A DNA stretch of 64,000 bases from Bacteroidota bacterium (GCA_039026955.1 JBCCLH010000006.1:12321-76320), one strand, 5' to 3'. Positions 50,376-61,138 are shown, counted from the first letter of the stretch. Numbers and translations are program-made. Notes: generated from the sequence alone by a model not told the origin.

Positions 50376-50383
50376 TATCTTTG
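50376..50383 (+). promoter_or_regulatory. Bacteroidota -7 promoter element
   Basis: TATCTTTG followed by CA, 20 bp before the HMGR ATG. Confidence 0.6.
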
Positions 50384-50403
50384 CAGGGATTAAACCCTAA
50401 TGT

Positions 50404-51729
50404 ATGATAGCTCCTATTGCTGGATTCTCTAAATTTTCCAAAGAAGAAAAGATTGAATGGCTTGCAAATACGTATTTTCAGGATAATGAAAGCGTGATTG
50501 CTCTATTGAAAAAATATTGGAATTCAGACGAAAAACTACAAAAACTACACGACGAGTTTATTGAGAACACCATCACGAATTTTTATCTCCCGCTAGGAAT
50601 TGCGCCTAATTTTTTGATTAACGATCAAATGTACGCTATTCCGATGGCGATTGAGGAAAGTTCTGTGGTTGCTGCGGCGAGTAAAGCTGCGAAGTTTTGG
50701 TTGGATCGTGGCGGATTTAAAGCGACGGTTTTGAGTACCGAAAAAGTGGGACAAGTGCATTTTATGTATTTTGGATCGACAGAAAAGTTACAGGACTATT
50801 TTACTACGATTAAACCTGAATTGTTGGCTGCTACGAAGCATATTACTCAAAATATGGAAAAACGTGGCGGCGGCATTACCGATATTGAATTGCGTGATAA
50901 AACCGATGAATTGGACGGATATTTTCAACTGCACTGTACGTTTGAAACGGTAGATTCGATGGGCGCCAACTTTATCAATTCGTGTTTGGAACAGTTTGCC
51001 AAAACTTTTGAAGCGGGCGCGCAGACTTTTGATGCTTTTTCTACCGAAGAAAAGAACATTCAGATTGTGATGAGCATTCTATCGAATTACGTTCCGAATT
51101 GTATTGTGAGAGCAGAAGTCAGTTGTCCTGTGGAGCATTTAACCGAAAGTGAATCAGTTGATGCAGACGAGTTCGCAGCAAAGTTTATTCGCGCGATTGC
51201 TATTGCCAAAACTGAACCGTATCGCGCCGTGACGCATAATAAGGGCATCATGAACGGTATTGACGCCGTTGTATTGGCCACAGGAAATGATTTTAGAGCG
51301 ATTGAAGCGGGAATTCACGCCTATGCTTCCAAAAACGGACAATATACCAGCTTGACACATGCCGAAGTAGTTGATGGCATTTTCAGATTTTGGATTGAAA
51401 TTCCACTGTCTTTAGGAACGGTTGGCGGATTGACTTCTTTACATCCACTTGTGAAATTGGCTTTGGAAATGCTTGGAAAACCGAATGCAAAAGAGTTAAT
51501 GCAGATTGTCGCTGTAGCTGGATTGGCACAGAATTTTGCAGCCGTGCGTTCGTTGGTCACTACAGGAATTCAAAAAGGACATATGAAAATGCATTTGATC
51601 AATATTTTGAATCAACTGGAAGCTACCGAAGCAGAAAAAACGTATTTTGTGAATTATTTTAAAGATAAAACTGTCACACATAGCGCAGTCGTGAATGCGT
51701 TTACCGCTTATAAATCACAGCATGCTTAA
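50404..51729 (+). CDS. mvaA: Class II hydroxymethylglutaryl-CoA reductase
   Basis: PMAIEESSVVAA, DSMGAN, HNKGIMNG, GHMKMH. Confidence 0.92.
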   Translation: MIAPIAGFSKFSKEEKIEWLANTYFQDNESVIALLKKYWNSDEKLQKLHDEFIENTITNFYLPLGIAPNFLINDQMYAIPMAIEESSVVAAASKAAKFWLDRGGFKATVLSTEKVGQVHFMYFGSTEKLQDYFTTIKPELLAATKHITQNMEKRGGGITDIELRDKTDELDGYFQLHCTFETVDSMGANFINSCLEQFAKTFEAGAQTFDAFSTEEKNIQIVMSILSNYVPNCIVRAEVSCPVEHLTESESVDADEFAAKFIRAIAIAKTEPYRAVTHNKGIMNGIDAVVLATGNDFRAIEAGIHAYASKNGQYTSLTHAEVVDGIFRFWIEIPLSLGTVGGLTSLHPLVKLALEMLGKPNAKELMQIVAVAGLAQNFAAVRSLVTTGIQKGHMKMHLINILNQLEATEAEKTYFVNYFKDKTVTHSAVVNAFTAYKSQHA

Positions 51730-52649
51730 TGGAATTTTATAGCAACGGAAAGTTATTACTCTCAGGAGAATATGTCGTACTTGATGGTGCCAAAGCATTG
51801 GCAATTCCCACGAAGTATGGACAGACACTTTCTGTGAATCCTATTGATTTACCAACGGCTGATGAAGTCCCGAATTTGGTTTGGAAAAGTTATGATGATC
51901 GAGATATTATTTGGTATCAGCATGCTTTTGAAATCGATTCGCTCAATACGGCGCGCTCGTATGTAGATGCAGTGAATCAAACATTGCATGATTTGCTCTC
52001 AGAAGCCAAACGTTTGAATCCTGATTTTTTAGCTGACAATACTAGTTATGAAGTACAAACGACCTTAAGTTTTCCGCAAGATTGGGGTTTGGGCTCTTCT
52101 TCTACGTTGATTCATAATATAGCACTTTGGGCAAACGTGAATCCCTATAGTCTTCTTTGGAATGCCTTTAAAGGAAGTGGCTATGATATTGCCTGCGCCA
52201 AGCATAATTTGCCAATTATTTACGAGGTGCATCAACAGCAGCCAACGGTGACAGAGATTGATTTTTCGCCTTCATTTCGCGATCAGTTGTACTTTGTCCA
52301 TTTAAACAAAAAACAAAACAGTAGAAACGCCATCAACAATTATAATGCGCGAAAAGGTTCGATTGCGAATGAGATAAAAATTATCAATGCGATTACTTTG
52401 GAGATGACGCAAACCAATTCGTTAGTCGATTTTGAATTGCTTCTGAAAGAACACGAACAGTTGATCGGAGAGATTATTCAAGAAACACCTGTGCAAGAAG
52501 TGTTGTTTGCAGATTATTTTGGTCAGATTAAAAGTTTGGGCGCTTGGGGCGGTGATTTTGTGTTGGCCACTGGAAATGATGATACTATTACTTATTTTGT
52601 TGAAAAAGGGTATACTACTGTGATTCCTTTCTTGGAGATGGTTTTGTGA
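51729..52649 (+). CDS. GYDIA-family GHMP kinase (mevalonate-pathway associated)
   Basis: GKLLLSGEY, WGLGSSS, GSGYDIA, KSLGAWGGD; TAATG overlap with the HMGR stop. Confidence 0.88.
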   Translation: MEFYSNGKLLLSGEYVVLDGAKALAIPTKYGQTLSVNPIDLPTADEVPNLVWKSYDDRDIIWYQHAFEIDSLNTARSYVDAVNQTLHDLLSEAKRLNPDFLADNTSYEVQTTLSFPQDWGLGSSSTLIHNIALWANVNPYSLLWNAFKGSGYDIACAKHNLPIIYEVHQQQPTVTEIDFSPSFRDQLYFVHLNKKQNSRNAINNYNARKGSIANEIKIINAITLEMTQTNSLVDFELLLKEHEQLIGEIIQETPVQEVLFADYFGQIKSLGAWGGDFVLATGNDDTITYFVEKGYTTVIPFLEMVL

Positions 52650-52669
52650 TTTGGAATGGGGTTGATTTT

Positions 52670-52712
52670 GATTTGTGGGTTTGTTTATTTGTTTTTTGTG
52701 GATTTGTTTTTT
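52670..52712. repeat. TTGTGGAT-type array
   Basis: 20-mer atttgttttttgtggatttg at 52687. Confidence 0.6.
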
Positions 52713-52745
52713 GTGATGTCATAGAAAATTTGTTTTTAGGGCTAG

Positions 52746-53235
52746 AAACAGATTACTTCGTCGCTATCGCTTCTCGTAATGACGAATCAAACTTTTTACT
52801 AAATATACTTGCTTTTGTTATAGAAATTGAAGTGATGATTTTAATGTATCGATTTGAAAATTTGAAAATGTAATAATGCTTATTTCAAAGGAAATGATAT
52901 GTTTTACTAGAAACAGATTGCCGCGCTATGCTCGCAATGACGTATCAGACGAAACACAGCTTCAATTTTACCATACGTCACTTCGATTGATTTTTGGAAT
53001 GAAATGAAGAAAATTGTATTTCGACTGCGCTCAATAGAGCTATCGAGGAGTACTTTAATTTTTACATTTATTTGATTTGTCATTGCGAAAGTTTTGTAAA
53101 AACTTGCGGCAATCTGTTTCTTTCAAAGGATTAATCTTGCTTTGATTTAGACAGATTACCGCGCTGTCGCTCGTAATGACGAATCAAACCTTTTATCAAA
53201 ATCGCTTGTCTTTATTATAGAAACAAAAGTGATGA
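52746..53235. repeat. Second BIME-like mosaic of REP-like palindromes between convergent genes
   Basis: Family C at 52746-52784, 52911-52942, 53079-53119, 53151-53181; family A with an insertion at 52975-53051; spacers resemble those of the 36 kb cluster. Confidence 0.85.
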
Positions 53236-53351
53236 TAGAGTTTTGAAGTTGAATTTGAAACAATTCAAAATTCAACACTCAACATTCAAAATCAAAAAAG
53301 CCCGTAAAATATAGTATTTCACAGGCTTTGTATTTGTTTATCTATTAAAGA

Positions 53352-55463
53352 CTAGTAGAAAACTCCTCTGTTGTCTTCAATTTCCGCAGAGCTTTTTAAG
53401 GCACCTGATACAGAGTTTAATGCTTTTGAAACACGTTGTACTCTGATCGTATTGCTTTCTGCTAAGTATGTGTCTTTCGCTGGCGCTTCTTCTTTAGAAA
53501 CTAACTGAATCATGAAGACTCCTGATTTTCCAGCTACTAATTTTGAGGTTTGTCCTGCATTTAATGCAAACGCAGTTCCCACAACTTTTTGTTCTTCTCC
53601 TGCTGCTGGTACTGTTGGCGATTGCATAGATAATGCCGTTGCTTGTTGCTCTATATTGCTTGATGCAGAAGCCAATTCTGCCAAAGTTGTTGCAGAAGCA
53701 TATTTTTGCTTGATCAATTCTGCTTTTTTCTGATCGCGTAAGATTGGCAATACTCTTGAAGATGCTTCTGGTACTGAAGAAAGTCCCGCAGGATTCTTCG
53801 CTGTCAATTGTGCTACAATAAATCCGCTTCCTACAGATAAACGATTGATGTCACCCACATTGGTATCATCTCTGAAAGCCCAACGTACAACTTCGCGTTG
53901 ATTTGGCAATCCTGGAATGCTTGGGTCTAATTCTTTGATATTATTCGCCGTTTTTACTTCAAATGTATTTTCTTTTGCCAACGTTGCGAAGTCCGTTCCA
54001 GATTTTCCTGCATCCGATTCAAATTTAGAAGATACCGTGAATAAGTTTTGTAATGTTTCTTCGGTTACTTCTACTTCACGATTGATCGTTGCAAGTTTTA
54101 CAACATCTTGCTTATTTTTTTGATCTTCTACTTCGATGATGTGGAATCCGAAAGGCGATTCTACTACGTCCAACGCACCTACTTCTTGTTCGTATACGAA
54201 ATCTTTGTATGTTGGTGTTAGTCTCGCAGAACTGATCGTATTGAACCAGTCTAAGTCTCCACCTTTGTCTGCTGAAGTATCATCAGAGAATTCTTTTGCT
54301 AAGTCTGCAAATTTTGATCTGTTTCTTTTGATTACTGCTAACAAACTATCCGCTTGTGCTTTCGCTTCTTCTTTTGTTTTCTTTAATTCTGCATCTGCTC
54401 CTGTAGAACCTGCAAAACGAATTAAGATATGTCTACTTTTTACAGAATCTGGTAATTGTCTTGTTTCAAGCAATCTAGAGATTTTGTATTTGTTTCCTAC
54501 TTTGTACGGTCCATACACATCACCAATATTCATCGCCATCATGTCTTCCGAGAAGTCTTTTGGCAATTGGCTTTTGTATGTAAATACTTCTGGTTCGTTT
54601 GTTTCTGTGTTGATATTTGCAAACGCACTTGCATCTTCAGCCGCAGCGAATCCATTCTTTAACTCTTCAATTCCGCCTTTTGCTAAATCTTCATCAGATT
54701 TTGAAGGTGTTTCTGGGAAGTATACATATTGAATGTTTCTTGATGCTTTTACTTCGAAGCTAGATTTGTGTGTGTTGATGTAGTTTTGCACATCGCTGTT
54801 TTTGATTTGAACTAACGAGTCTGCAATTGACGTGTAAGGCACACGCACATATTTGAATGTTACTTTGTCATTTTCTGCTCTGTACGCCAATTCTCCTTCT
54901 TTTACCGTCACAATAGAACCTGCTTTTACTAAGTTGTTGTACAATGTTCTTTTTGCATTGTTGATGGCAAAGCGTTCTGTTTGTAACCAGTTTTGGTATT
55001 CTGCCATGCTTTGTTGAGAAAGATTTTTTGTCGCTTCTAAATTATCAACATATTCTTTCAACTTTGCTTCTACAAATGTTCCAGATTCATCTTGGAAACG
55101 TTCGTTGTTTGTGATATTAGGAGTTTGGATTAAAGCATCCCATAATTCATCTTTTTCAATCGTGATCCCTAATTCATCTAATTGCTGTGTGATCAACATG
55201 TCATTTAATGATTGATCCCAAATTGAATTTACAATTTGTATAGTGGTTTGTCTACCACCATATACATTTTTCATGTATTCTACTTGGTTTTGAAATCCGT
55301 CGTAAGGAATACTTTCTCCATTGATGCTTCCTATTTCTGTTGGTCGCTTTTCTCCGCCGCCATTGGTATTGAATACGTCAGATATTACAAAAGCAAAAAG
55401 TGCCAATCCGATGATCAGGATTAGTACTAATGTACGCTGTCTAATTTTTGCAAGAATTGCCAT
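53352..55463 (-). CDS. Membrane-anchored SurA/PpiD-like parvulin peptidyl-prolyl isomerase
   Basis: N-terminal TM (GLALFAFVI), KSRHILI, KGGDLDWF, ESPFGFHII. Confidence 0.9.
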   Translation of the reverse strand: MAILAKIRQRTLVLILIIGLALFAFVISDVFNTNGGGEKRPTEIGSINGESIPYDGFQNQVEYMKNVYGGRQTTIQIVNSIWDQSLNDMLITQQLDELGITIEKDELWDALIQTPNITNNERFQDESGTFVEAKLKEYVDNLEATKNLSQQSMAEYQNWLQTERFAINNAKRTLYNNLVKAGSIVTVKEGELAYRAENDKVTFKYVRVPYTSIADSLVQIKNSDVQNYINTHKSSFEVKASRNIQYVYFPETPSKSDEDLAKGGIEELKNGFAAAEDASAFANINTETNEPEVFTYKSQLPKDFSEDMMAMNIGDVYGPYKVGNKYKISRLLETRQLPDSVKSRHILIRFAGSTGADAELKKTKEEAKAQADSLLAVIKRNRSKFADLAKEFSDDTSADKGGDLDWFNTISSARLTPTYKDFVYEQEVGALDVVESPFGFHIIEVEDQKNKQDVVKLATINREVEVTEETLQNLFTVSSKFESDAGKSGTDFATLAKENTFEVKTANNIKELDPSIPGLPNQREVVRWAFRDDTNVGDINRLSVGSGFIVAQLTAKNPAGLSSVPEASSRVLPILRDQKKAELIKQKYASATTLAELASASSNIEQQATALSMQSPTVPAAGEEQKVVGTAFALNAGQTSKLVAGKSGVFMIQLVSKEEAPAKDTYLAESNTIRVQRVSKALNSVSGALKSSAEIEDNRGVFY

Positions 55464-55559
55464 GTATCTTCAATTTTATGAAATTCAGTGGGCGAAAATA
55501 CAATTTCCTACCAAATTATAAAAGAAGAACTGCGTATTAATTCGTTAATTTTCGGGATT

Positions 55560-56837
55560 TTAATCTTCAGAGAGAATTTGTAGTTGAATTGTATCGATTT
55601 TAGTGTTCGATACTTCTATCATTGTAAACTTTAAGTTGTTGATTACGATGACTTCATCTTGCTGCGGAATTTCTTCTGTTTCGCTCACAATTAAACCTCC
55701 TAAAGTTTCATAATTTTCACTTTCTGGAAGATTTAGTTTGTAGGTTTCATTGATATAATCGACTTCCAAACGCGCTGAAAATAGGTATTCATATTCGCCC
55801 AAACGTTTTTCTAGAAGCTCCGTACTATCATGCTCGTCTTCTATTTCGCCAAATAATTCTTCTACGATATCTTCTACCGTGACAATTCCGGAAGTTCCGC
55901 CGTATTCGTCCAAAACTACGGCAATACTTTTGCGCTTTTTCGTCAATACATCCAATACATCGTTTGCTAACATCGCTTCGGGCACAAATACGACTGGCAA
56001 TACAATGCTACGAATGGTTTTTGGCTTTTTGAAGAGTTCAAACGAATGGACATATCCGATAATATCGTCAATGGTATTTTTGTAGACTAATATTTTAGAA
56101 TATCCAGTTTCAGAAAAGAGTTTCGCTAAATTTTGGGTGCTTTCATGCAATTCAATTGCCACAATTTCTGTTCGTGGAATCATGACTTCGCGCGTTTTTA
56201 CCGCTGAGAATTCTAAGGCATTTTGGAATATTTGAATTTCAGAATCGACATCTTCATCATCGTGTCCGGCTTCCATTTGTTCAGAAATGTAATCGCCCAA
56301 TTCCACTTTGCTGAATTCGAGTTGCACCTCATCGCCTTCTGTCTTGAAGAATTTTTTGAGCAATACATTCGAAATCCACATGACGAATTCAGAAATCAAC
56401 CAAAATAACTGATAGAAAATATACGCGGGAATTGCTAAGAATTTTAAGAGACTGTTGGCGTAGACTTGGAAAAATACTTTTGGTAAAAATTCCGCCGTCA
56501 CTAAAATAACTAACGTAGAGACGATGGTTTGAAACAGCAATTCATATTTTACCGTAATGTATGCATAGAGCCACGGAGTTTCGTGTACCCATTGTGTGAT
56601 GAGATCGCCCATAAAAAATCCATAGATCACCAAGGCAATGTTGTTTCCAACTAGCATGGTAGCGATGAATTTTGAAGGTTTTTGTGTGAGTCGTCTCAGG
56701 ATTTTTGCAAGAATTCCATCTTGCTTTTTTTCGAGTTCGATATGGATTTTATTCGCGGAGACGTACGCGATTTCCATTCCCGAAAAGAATGCGGAAAACA
56801 GTAATGCCGTTATAATAATGAGCACCTGTATTTCCAT
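55560..56837 (-). CDS. Hemolysin family / CorC-HlyC protein (DUF21 + CBS + CorC)
   Basis: SAFFSGMEIA, EFLPK, REVMIPR, DEYGGTSGIVTVEDIVEE. Confidence 0.92.
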   Translation of the reverse strand: MEIQVLIIITALLFSAFFSGMEIAYVSANKIHIELEKKQDGILAKILRRLTQKPSKFIATMLVGNNIALVIYGFFMGDLITQWVHETPWLYAYITVKYELLFQTIVSTLVILVTAEFLPKVFFQVYANSLLKFLAIPAYIFYQLFWLISEFVMWISNVLLKKFFKTEGDEVQLEFSKVELGDYISEQMEAGHDDEDVDSEIQIFQNALEFSAVKTREVMIPRTEIVAIELHESTQNLAKLFSETGYSKILVYKNTIDDIIGYVHSFELFKKPKTIRSIVLPVVFVPEAMLANDVLDVLTKKRKSIAVVLDEYGGTSGIVTVEDIVEELFGEIEDEHDSTELLEKRLGEYEYLFSARLEVDYINETYKLNLPESENYETLGGLIVSETEEIPQQDEVIVINNLKFTMIEVSNTKIDTIQLQILSED

Positions 56838-57038
56838 TTACTCGTCTTTATTTTTTTTGTGTTCTTCAAATTTTTGCTCGTAGTGTCTTCTAAAGAAGAA
56901 CATTAAAAGCGAAACCACAGCGAATGCCACAAATAAATAATCTACAGTACCATCATTTTGCCAAACCGTGATGATTTTAAAAATAGATAATGCCGCCACT
57001 AAAAGGTACACGTATTTTGTATAGCTTAAAACTTTCAC
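56838..57038 (-). CDS. Small 2-TM hypothetical protein
   Basis: 66 aa; abuts the next gene; two hydrophobic segments. Confidence 0.65.
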   Translation of the reverse strand: MKVLSYTKYVYLLVAALSIFKIITVWQNDGTVDYLFVAFAVVSLLMFFFRRHYEQKFEEHKKNKDE

Positions 57039-57068
57039 TTGATTTTGTTTTATTAGGTTGTTTATGTT

Positions 57069-57644
57069 TTATTTTTCGTTTTCTTCTATCGGAATGGTAC
57101 TGTCGTAGATTTCATGAGCCTCCACAATGGTGAATTCTCTGTTAAAGTCAATTCCGTTGGTTCCCTGTAGCAACACGCCGTATTCTGTATTACTGAGCTT
57201 GAATTCGCCTTCGGTAAAAACCCACTCCCGATCTTGATCCCAATAGAGTTGTGGCGCTTCTAGAATGTTTCCTTCGTGTGTTGTGAGCACCACATTTCCT
57301 TGTAAATCTACTAATCTTGTGTCACTATACAAAATAGCATAATCTGCAGTGACGATACTTTTATTACCTTCTTCGTCAAAAAACTCTAGTACAATTCCGT
57401 TTGGAAATTCCATAAATGGAAATTTTTGATTGGAAAAATCTTTGTTGTACGGACTGCGTAAGGTTGATTTTACTTTTCCAGAATCTGTATAGATTAAAAA
57501 CATATTTTCTGCTTCACCGACAGGAAAACGCTTGTTGTACGAAAGCTTTTGGATTTCGCTAAAATTGTCCTGACATGAAAAAAGCATTGCCACAATGAAG
57601 ATTGTGACAATGCCTTGCAACATATATTTTTTTGGTATGTTCAT
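57069..57644 (-). CDS. lptC: LPS export ABC transporter periplasmic protein LptC
   Basis: Lipobox LFSC, YTDSGK, FPNGI, ADYA, LQGNVV, LYWDQ. Confidence 0.82.
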   Translation of the reverse strand: MNIPKKYMLQGIVTIFIVAMLFSCQDNFSEIQKLSYNKRFPVGEAENMFLIYTDSGKVKSTLRSPYNKDFSNQKFPFMEFPNGIVLEFFDEEGNKSIVTADYAILYSDTRLVDLQGNVVLTTHEGNILEAPQLYWDQDREWVFTEGEFKLSNTEYGVLLQGTNGIDFNREFTIVEAHEIYDSTIPIEENEK

Positions 57645-57650
57645 ATATTA

Positions 57651-59024
57651 TTAGAGACTAGGAACTCGTACGCTTCCACCAATCCAACAGTTTAATGGAA
57701 TCGCTTCTCCACCTTTGTATCCTTTGCTAAATACATCTGATTTGCTTGGTGCAGATTTCATGTATGAGTTTACTGTTTTGCTCGCTACACTTTTTAATGA
57801 TGGATCTACTTGTCCAGCTTTTCTAGCCATTTCCGCCGCTTTCCAGTATCCTGCTCTTTTTGTAAACTCGTCGTTTCCACACTGGTTTACACTTGATGCA
57901 TATAATTGTGCAATTTTTAGGTACGCTCCACCTAATGACGGATTGTTTTGAACTGCTTGCAAGTAATACTTTCTCGCTTTTGATTTTTGACCTCTTTTCT
58001 TTGCTTTTGAAGCAATTTTGTATAATAATGTCGCTTTTCTAATTGGATCTTTTTCCATGTCTAACGACTGGTTCAAATACTCTTCAGCTTTTACTAAGTT
58101 TCCTTTTCTTTCGTAAATTCCTGCTAGGTATCTTTTAGAGTTTGCAGATGGCTCTAACGCATCTACTGCTTCTACCAATTCTACGAATAATGGATCTTCA
58201 TCACAGCCTTTTGCATCCAATCTACCTGCAGCTCTTTTTAACCATAAGGCATTGCTTCTGTTTGCGTCAAAGTTCTTTCTAAATAAAGGAATTAAGGTTT
58301 CACAAGTAGATACTTTTTCGATCAACGCTTCCATGTTTCCAGAGAAAATTGCGATTGCTTTTACGTTTGTATCTGCTACTCTTTCTGTTCTTTTTTCCTT
58401 AGACGTTAATTCTTGTCCCGCATCTTTCTTCGTGATTAACTTGTTTTTTGTTTTCGCTAATCTTTCACTTTCTGACTCGAATTTTTCTGTTAATTCTTCA
58501 AACTTCTGGATTAAGTTTTCCAACATTACTCCTGAACTTCCACCTTTATACATATTATAGTATAGTTCAAAATACTGATATAAAGATTTTGGGTTTTTGA
58601 AGTTTGCTAAATCTTCTTTGAATGCTTGATCAAATACATCGTACTGACTTTTTGCATCACCAATTTTGTGATCGACCATTAATGTTCCTATTTTCCCAAG
58701 GATGTCTCCTTTTTTCGTTTTTGCTGGAACGTTTGCCATTCTATCTCTATACAACTGAATCAACTCTTCTGCAACAGCTTTCTTGTCGTCAGTCTTTTTC
58801 ATTTTGTCTTTGTAGATTCTTTCACCGTATGCATACAAAGCAGAACTGATTGTTGGACAATCTTTTCTTAGTTCGGCTAATTGTGTTTCAGCTTCAGCGT
58901 AATTTTTCGCTTTCGCATTTTCGGCAAAGAGAGATAACTTTGTCTTACAATCCTGTGCATTTAAAGTTGTGAAGCTTGTTATCGCAAACAACCCGGCAAC
59001 TAATAATGTAATCGTCTTCTTCAT
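57651..59024 (-). CDS. Secreted tetratricopeptide-repeat protein
   Basis: Signal peptide; TPR-like helical repeats (AEEYLNQSL, ARKYYLQAV). Confidence 0.8.
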   Translation of the reverse strand: MKKTITLLVAGLFAITSFTTLNAQDCKTKLSLFAENAKAKNYAEAETQLAELRKDCPTISSALYAYGERIYKDKMKKTDDKKAVAEELIQLYRDRMANVPAKTKKGDILGKIGTLMVDHKIGDAKSQYDVFDQAFKEDLANFKNPKSLYQYFELYYNMYKGGSSGVMLENLIQKFEELTEKFESESERLAKTKNKLITKKDAGQELTSKEKRTERVADTNVKAIAIFSGNMEALIEKVSTCETLIPLFRKNFDANRSNALWLKRAAGRLDAKGCDEDPLFVELVEAVDALEPSANSKRYLAGIYERKGNLVKAEEYLNQSLDMEKDPIRKATLLYKIASKAKKRGQKSKARKYYLQAVQNNPSLGGAYLKIAQLYASSVNQCGNDEFTKRAGYWKAAEMARKAGQVDPSLKSVASKTVNSYMKSAPSKSDVFSKGYKGGEAIPLNCWIGGSVRVPSL

Positions 59025-59042
59025 TTCTTTAATATTTATCGT

Positions 59043-60356
59043 TTAATTGTATTTTCTTTTTATAAACCATTTATCGTTTAGTGATAAACTTATTTGAAAG
59101 TTTACGTAGTTTTCTTTGATCAATCCTGAGTTCGTTGTTCCTCTTCTACCGAACTCTACACCTAGGTTCACGTTTGATAATGTTCGTCCTACAGGTAGCC
59201 CTACTCCAAAAGATATGCCAAAATCATTTATGGCTTCGTTACGCACCATGATTCCTGTGTCTTCATAACGAATTCCCGCTCTGTAGGTTACTCGTTCCCA
59301 GTAACTTGTAAAAGAGTTGTATTTTGGAATGTAGAATCCTCCCGCTGCAAGTTTTGAACCGTTTTCATAATTTACATTTTCAATCACCGTCAATCCGTTT
59401 CCAAAATCGCTGTTGTTTTGTAATGTGTATTCGATGGCTGTAAACCATTTATTTCTTTCCCCAATTCCCGCTCCTAAAGAGAGTCTTGTTGGCAATACTA
59501 AATCTGTTTTTGTTCTACGTCCCAAATCAACTTGATCTTGTTGTCCTGGACTGATTATTTCTCCTCCTGCACCTGTAATATTTAACGCAGTTAATGTACG
59601 CGTATTGCGCGAGGTGATATCTGATTGTGGCGCAAATGTCAATGACGTTGTTAATGAGAGTTTGTCATTAAATTTGGTTTCATAATAGGCACCTAAGTTA
59701 TAGCTTAAACCACTCAATCGAGATTCATCTCTGGATCGTGTTCCATAATTTAAAGTTCTAAAGAATGTGCCTTCTTCATCTACATCTCCTAAGAATTCCG
59801 TATTCTGATTTTCAATCGTTCCAAAGTTATAATTGACGGTACCACCAATAGAGAAACCTTTCGCAATTTTATATCCCAAAGATAAGAAAACAGAGTTTAA
59901 ACCACCTTCACCTTCGTATTGGGCAAATTTAAATGGCGCAGATGCAAAACCTGTTTCGCCAATACCTTCAAAGCTATATCCTACCGAGGTAAAAGGCACT
60001 AATCCAAAACCTACTCCTAATTTGCTGGTTAAAGGAAACGCCACTGCTAAATAGTCTAATGAAGTAGAAGAGCCTTTGTCTTCACCATTATCACTCTCCA
60101 ATCGCAATTGATTGTAGCTTGCACCTAATGCGTAGGTTGTAAATTTTAAGTTTCCGTAAGATGCTGGATTTTGTAAGTTGATATGAATACTATCTGAATA
60201 GACACTTATCCCACCCATGCTTCTATTTTCTGTTGTTCCGTTAAACTTTAAGTCGCCAATTCCGAGGAAAGAATACGGGGAAGACGTTCCTTGTTGTGCA
60301 GTACTAATTTGGCAGATAAACAACAAAATTAATAATCCTAAAAACTTTCTAATCAT
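59043..60356 (-). CDS. Outer-membrane beta-barrel protein, FadL/OmpP1-like
   Basis: Signal peptide, SPYSFLG, RSMGG, NPASY, alternating beta-strand pattern. Confidence 0.6.
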   Translation of the reverse strand: MIRKFLGLLILLFICQISTAQQGTSSPYSFLGIGDLKFNGTTENRSMGGISVYSDSIHINLQNPASYGNLKFTTYALGASYNQLRLESDNGEDKGSSTSLDYLAVAFPLTSKLGVGFGLVPFTSVGYSFEGIGETGFASAPFKFAQYEGEGGLNSVFLSLGYKIAKGFSIGGTVNYNFGTIENQNTEFLGDVDEEGTFFRTLNYGTRSRDESRLSGLSYNLGAYYETKFNDKLSLTTSLTFAPQSDITSRNTRTLTALNITGAGGEIISPGQQDQVDLGRRTKTDLVLPTRLSLGAGIGERNKWFTAIEYTLQNNSDFGNGLTVIENVNYENGSKLAAGGFYIPKYNSFTSYWERVTYRAGIRYEDTGIMVRNEAINDFGISFGVGLPVGRTLSNVNLGVEFGRRGTTNSGLIKENYVNFQISLSLNDKWFIKRKYN

Positions 60357-61086
60357 TATATCTATTATATTCTAAAACATTATTCAATCCTTGTAACAAG
60401 AATTTTGAATTCGCAAATATGGTATTTTTTAACCTTTTAGCCAAGAAATTAGTGTCGCCGCCTGTTAAAATAACTGTTAAATGTTGAAATTGCTCTTTAT
60501 ATCTATTAATTATTCCGTCGATTTCAGTGATTACTCCTATGCTGACTCCGGAGTGAATTGCGCTATCGGTAGTATTGCCAATATAACTTTCTGGCATTTT
60601 GGGTGCTAGTAGAGGAAGGTTTGCAGTGAGTAGATTTAATGTTTTATATCGAAGTTGGAGTCCTGGGGAAATTCCGCCACCGAGATAGATTTCTTTGTCG
60701 GTTTTAAAATCGTAGGTAATACACGTGCCTGCATCAATTACTAATACATTTTGTTTGGGATATTGTGAAACGGCTGCTACAACCAAGGCAATTCTATCAA
60801 CGCCTAAAGTCTCTGGTGTGGCATAATTATTTTGAAACGGAACTTTTGTTTTGTGGGTTAGTGTATGTACTTGGATGCTGAGAGTATCGAGAAATTCCTT
60901 GGTAGCTTCACTCAATTTTGTCACGGATGATGTAATCATTTGGTCAATTTGGGTGTATTTTTTTAAAATTTCTTCAATTTTTATTTGGAATACTTCTTTT
61001 TTGAAACTTTCGTGCAAGAGCATTTTATCTTTTTGAAAAACAGATACTTTTATATATGTATTTCCTGCATCTACAATTAAATTCAT
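60349..61086 (-). CDS. coaX: Type III pantothenate kinase
   Basis: VDAGNTYIK, LGVDR, DAGTCITYD, GGGISPG, LTGGD. Confidence 0.95.
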   Translation of the reverse strand: MNLIVDAGNTYIKVSVFQKDKMLLHESFKKEVFQIKIEEILKKYTQIDQMITSSVTKLSEATKEFLDTLSIQVHTLTHKTKVPFQNNYATPETLGVDRIALVVAAVSQYPKQNVLVIDAGTCITYDFKTDKEIYLGGGISPGLQLRYKTLNLLTANLPLLAPKMPESYIGNTTDSAIHSGVSIGVITEIDGIINRYKEQFQHLTVILTGGDTNFLAKRLKNTIFANSKFLLQGLNNVLEYNRYND

Positions 61087-61138
61087 GCGTGTAGTTTAGA
61101 GTTTGCTAATTTAAGAAACGTTTTTTTTGCAAAATAGT

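Noticed and set aside
52646-52873. 75-aa ORF after the GHMP kinase
   Set aside because: Runs through a TTGTGGAT array and a REP-like palindrome; composition is repeat-derived
54136-54732. Long antisense ORFs (also 43927..44424, 32430..32813, 63063..63620, 33651..33959 and many others of 60-150 aa)
   Set aside because: Shadow frames of well-supported genes on the opposite strand, with no recognisable motifs
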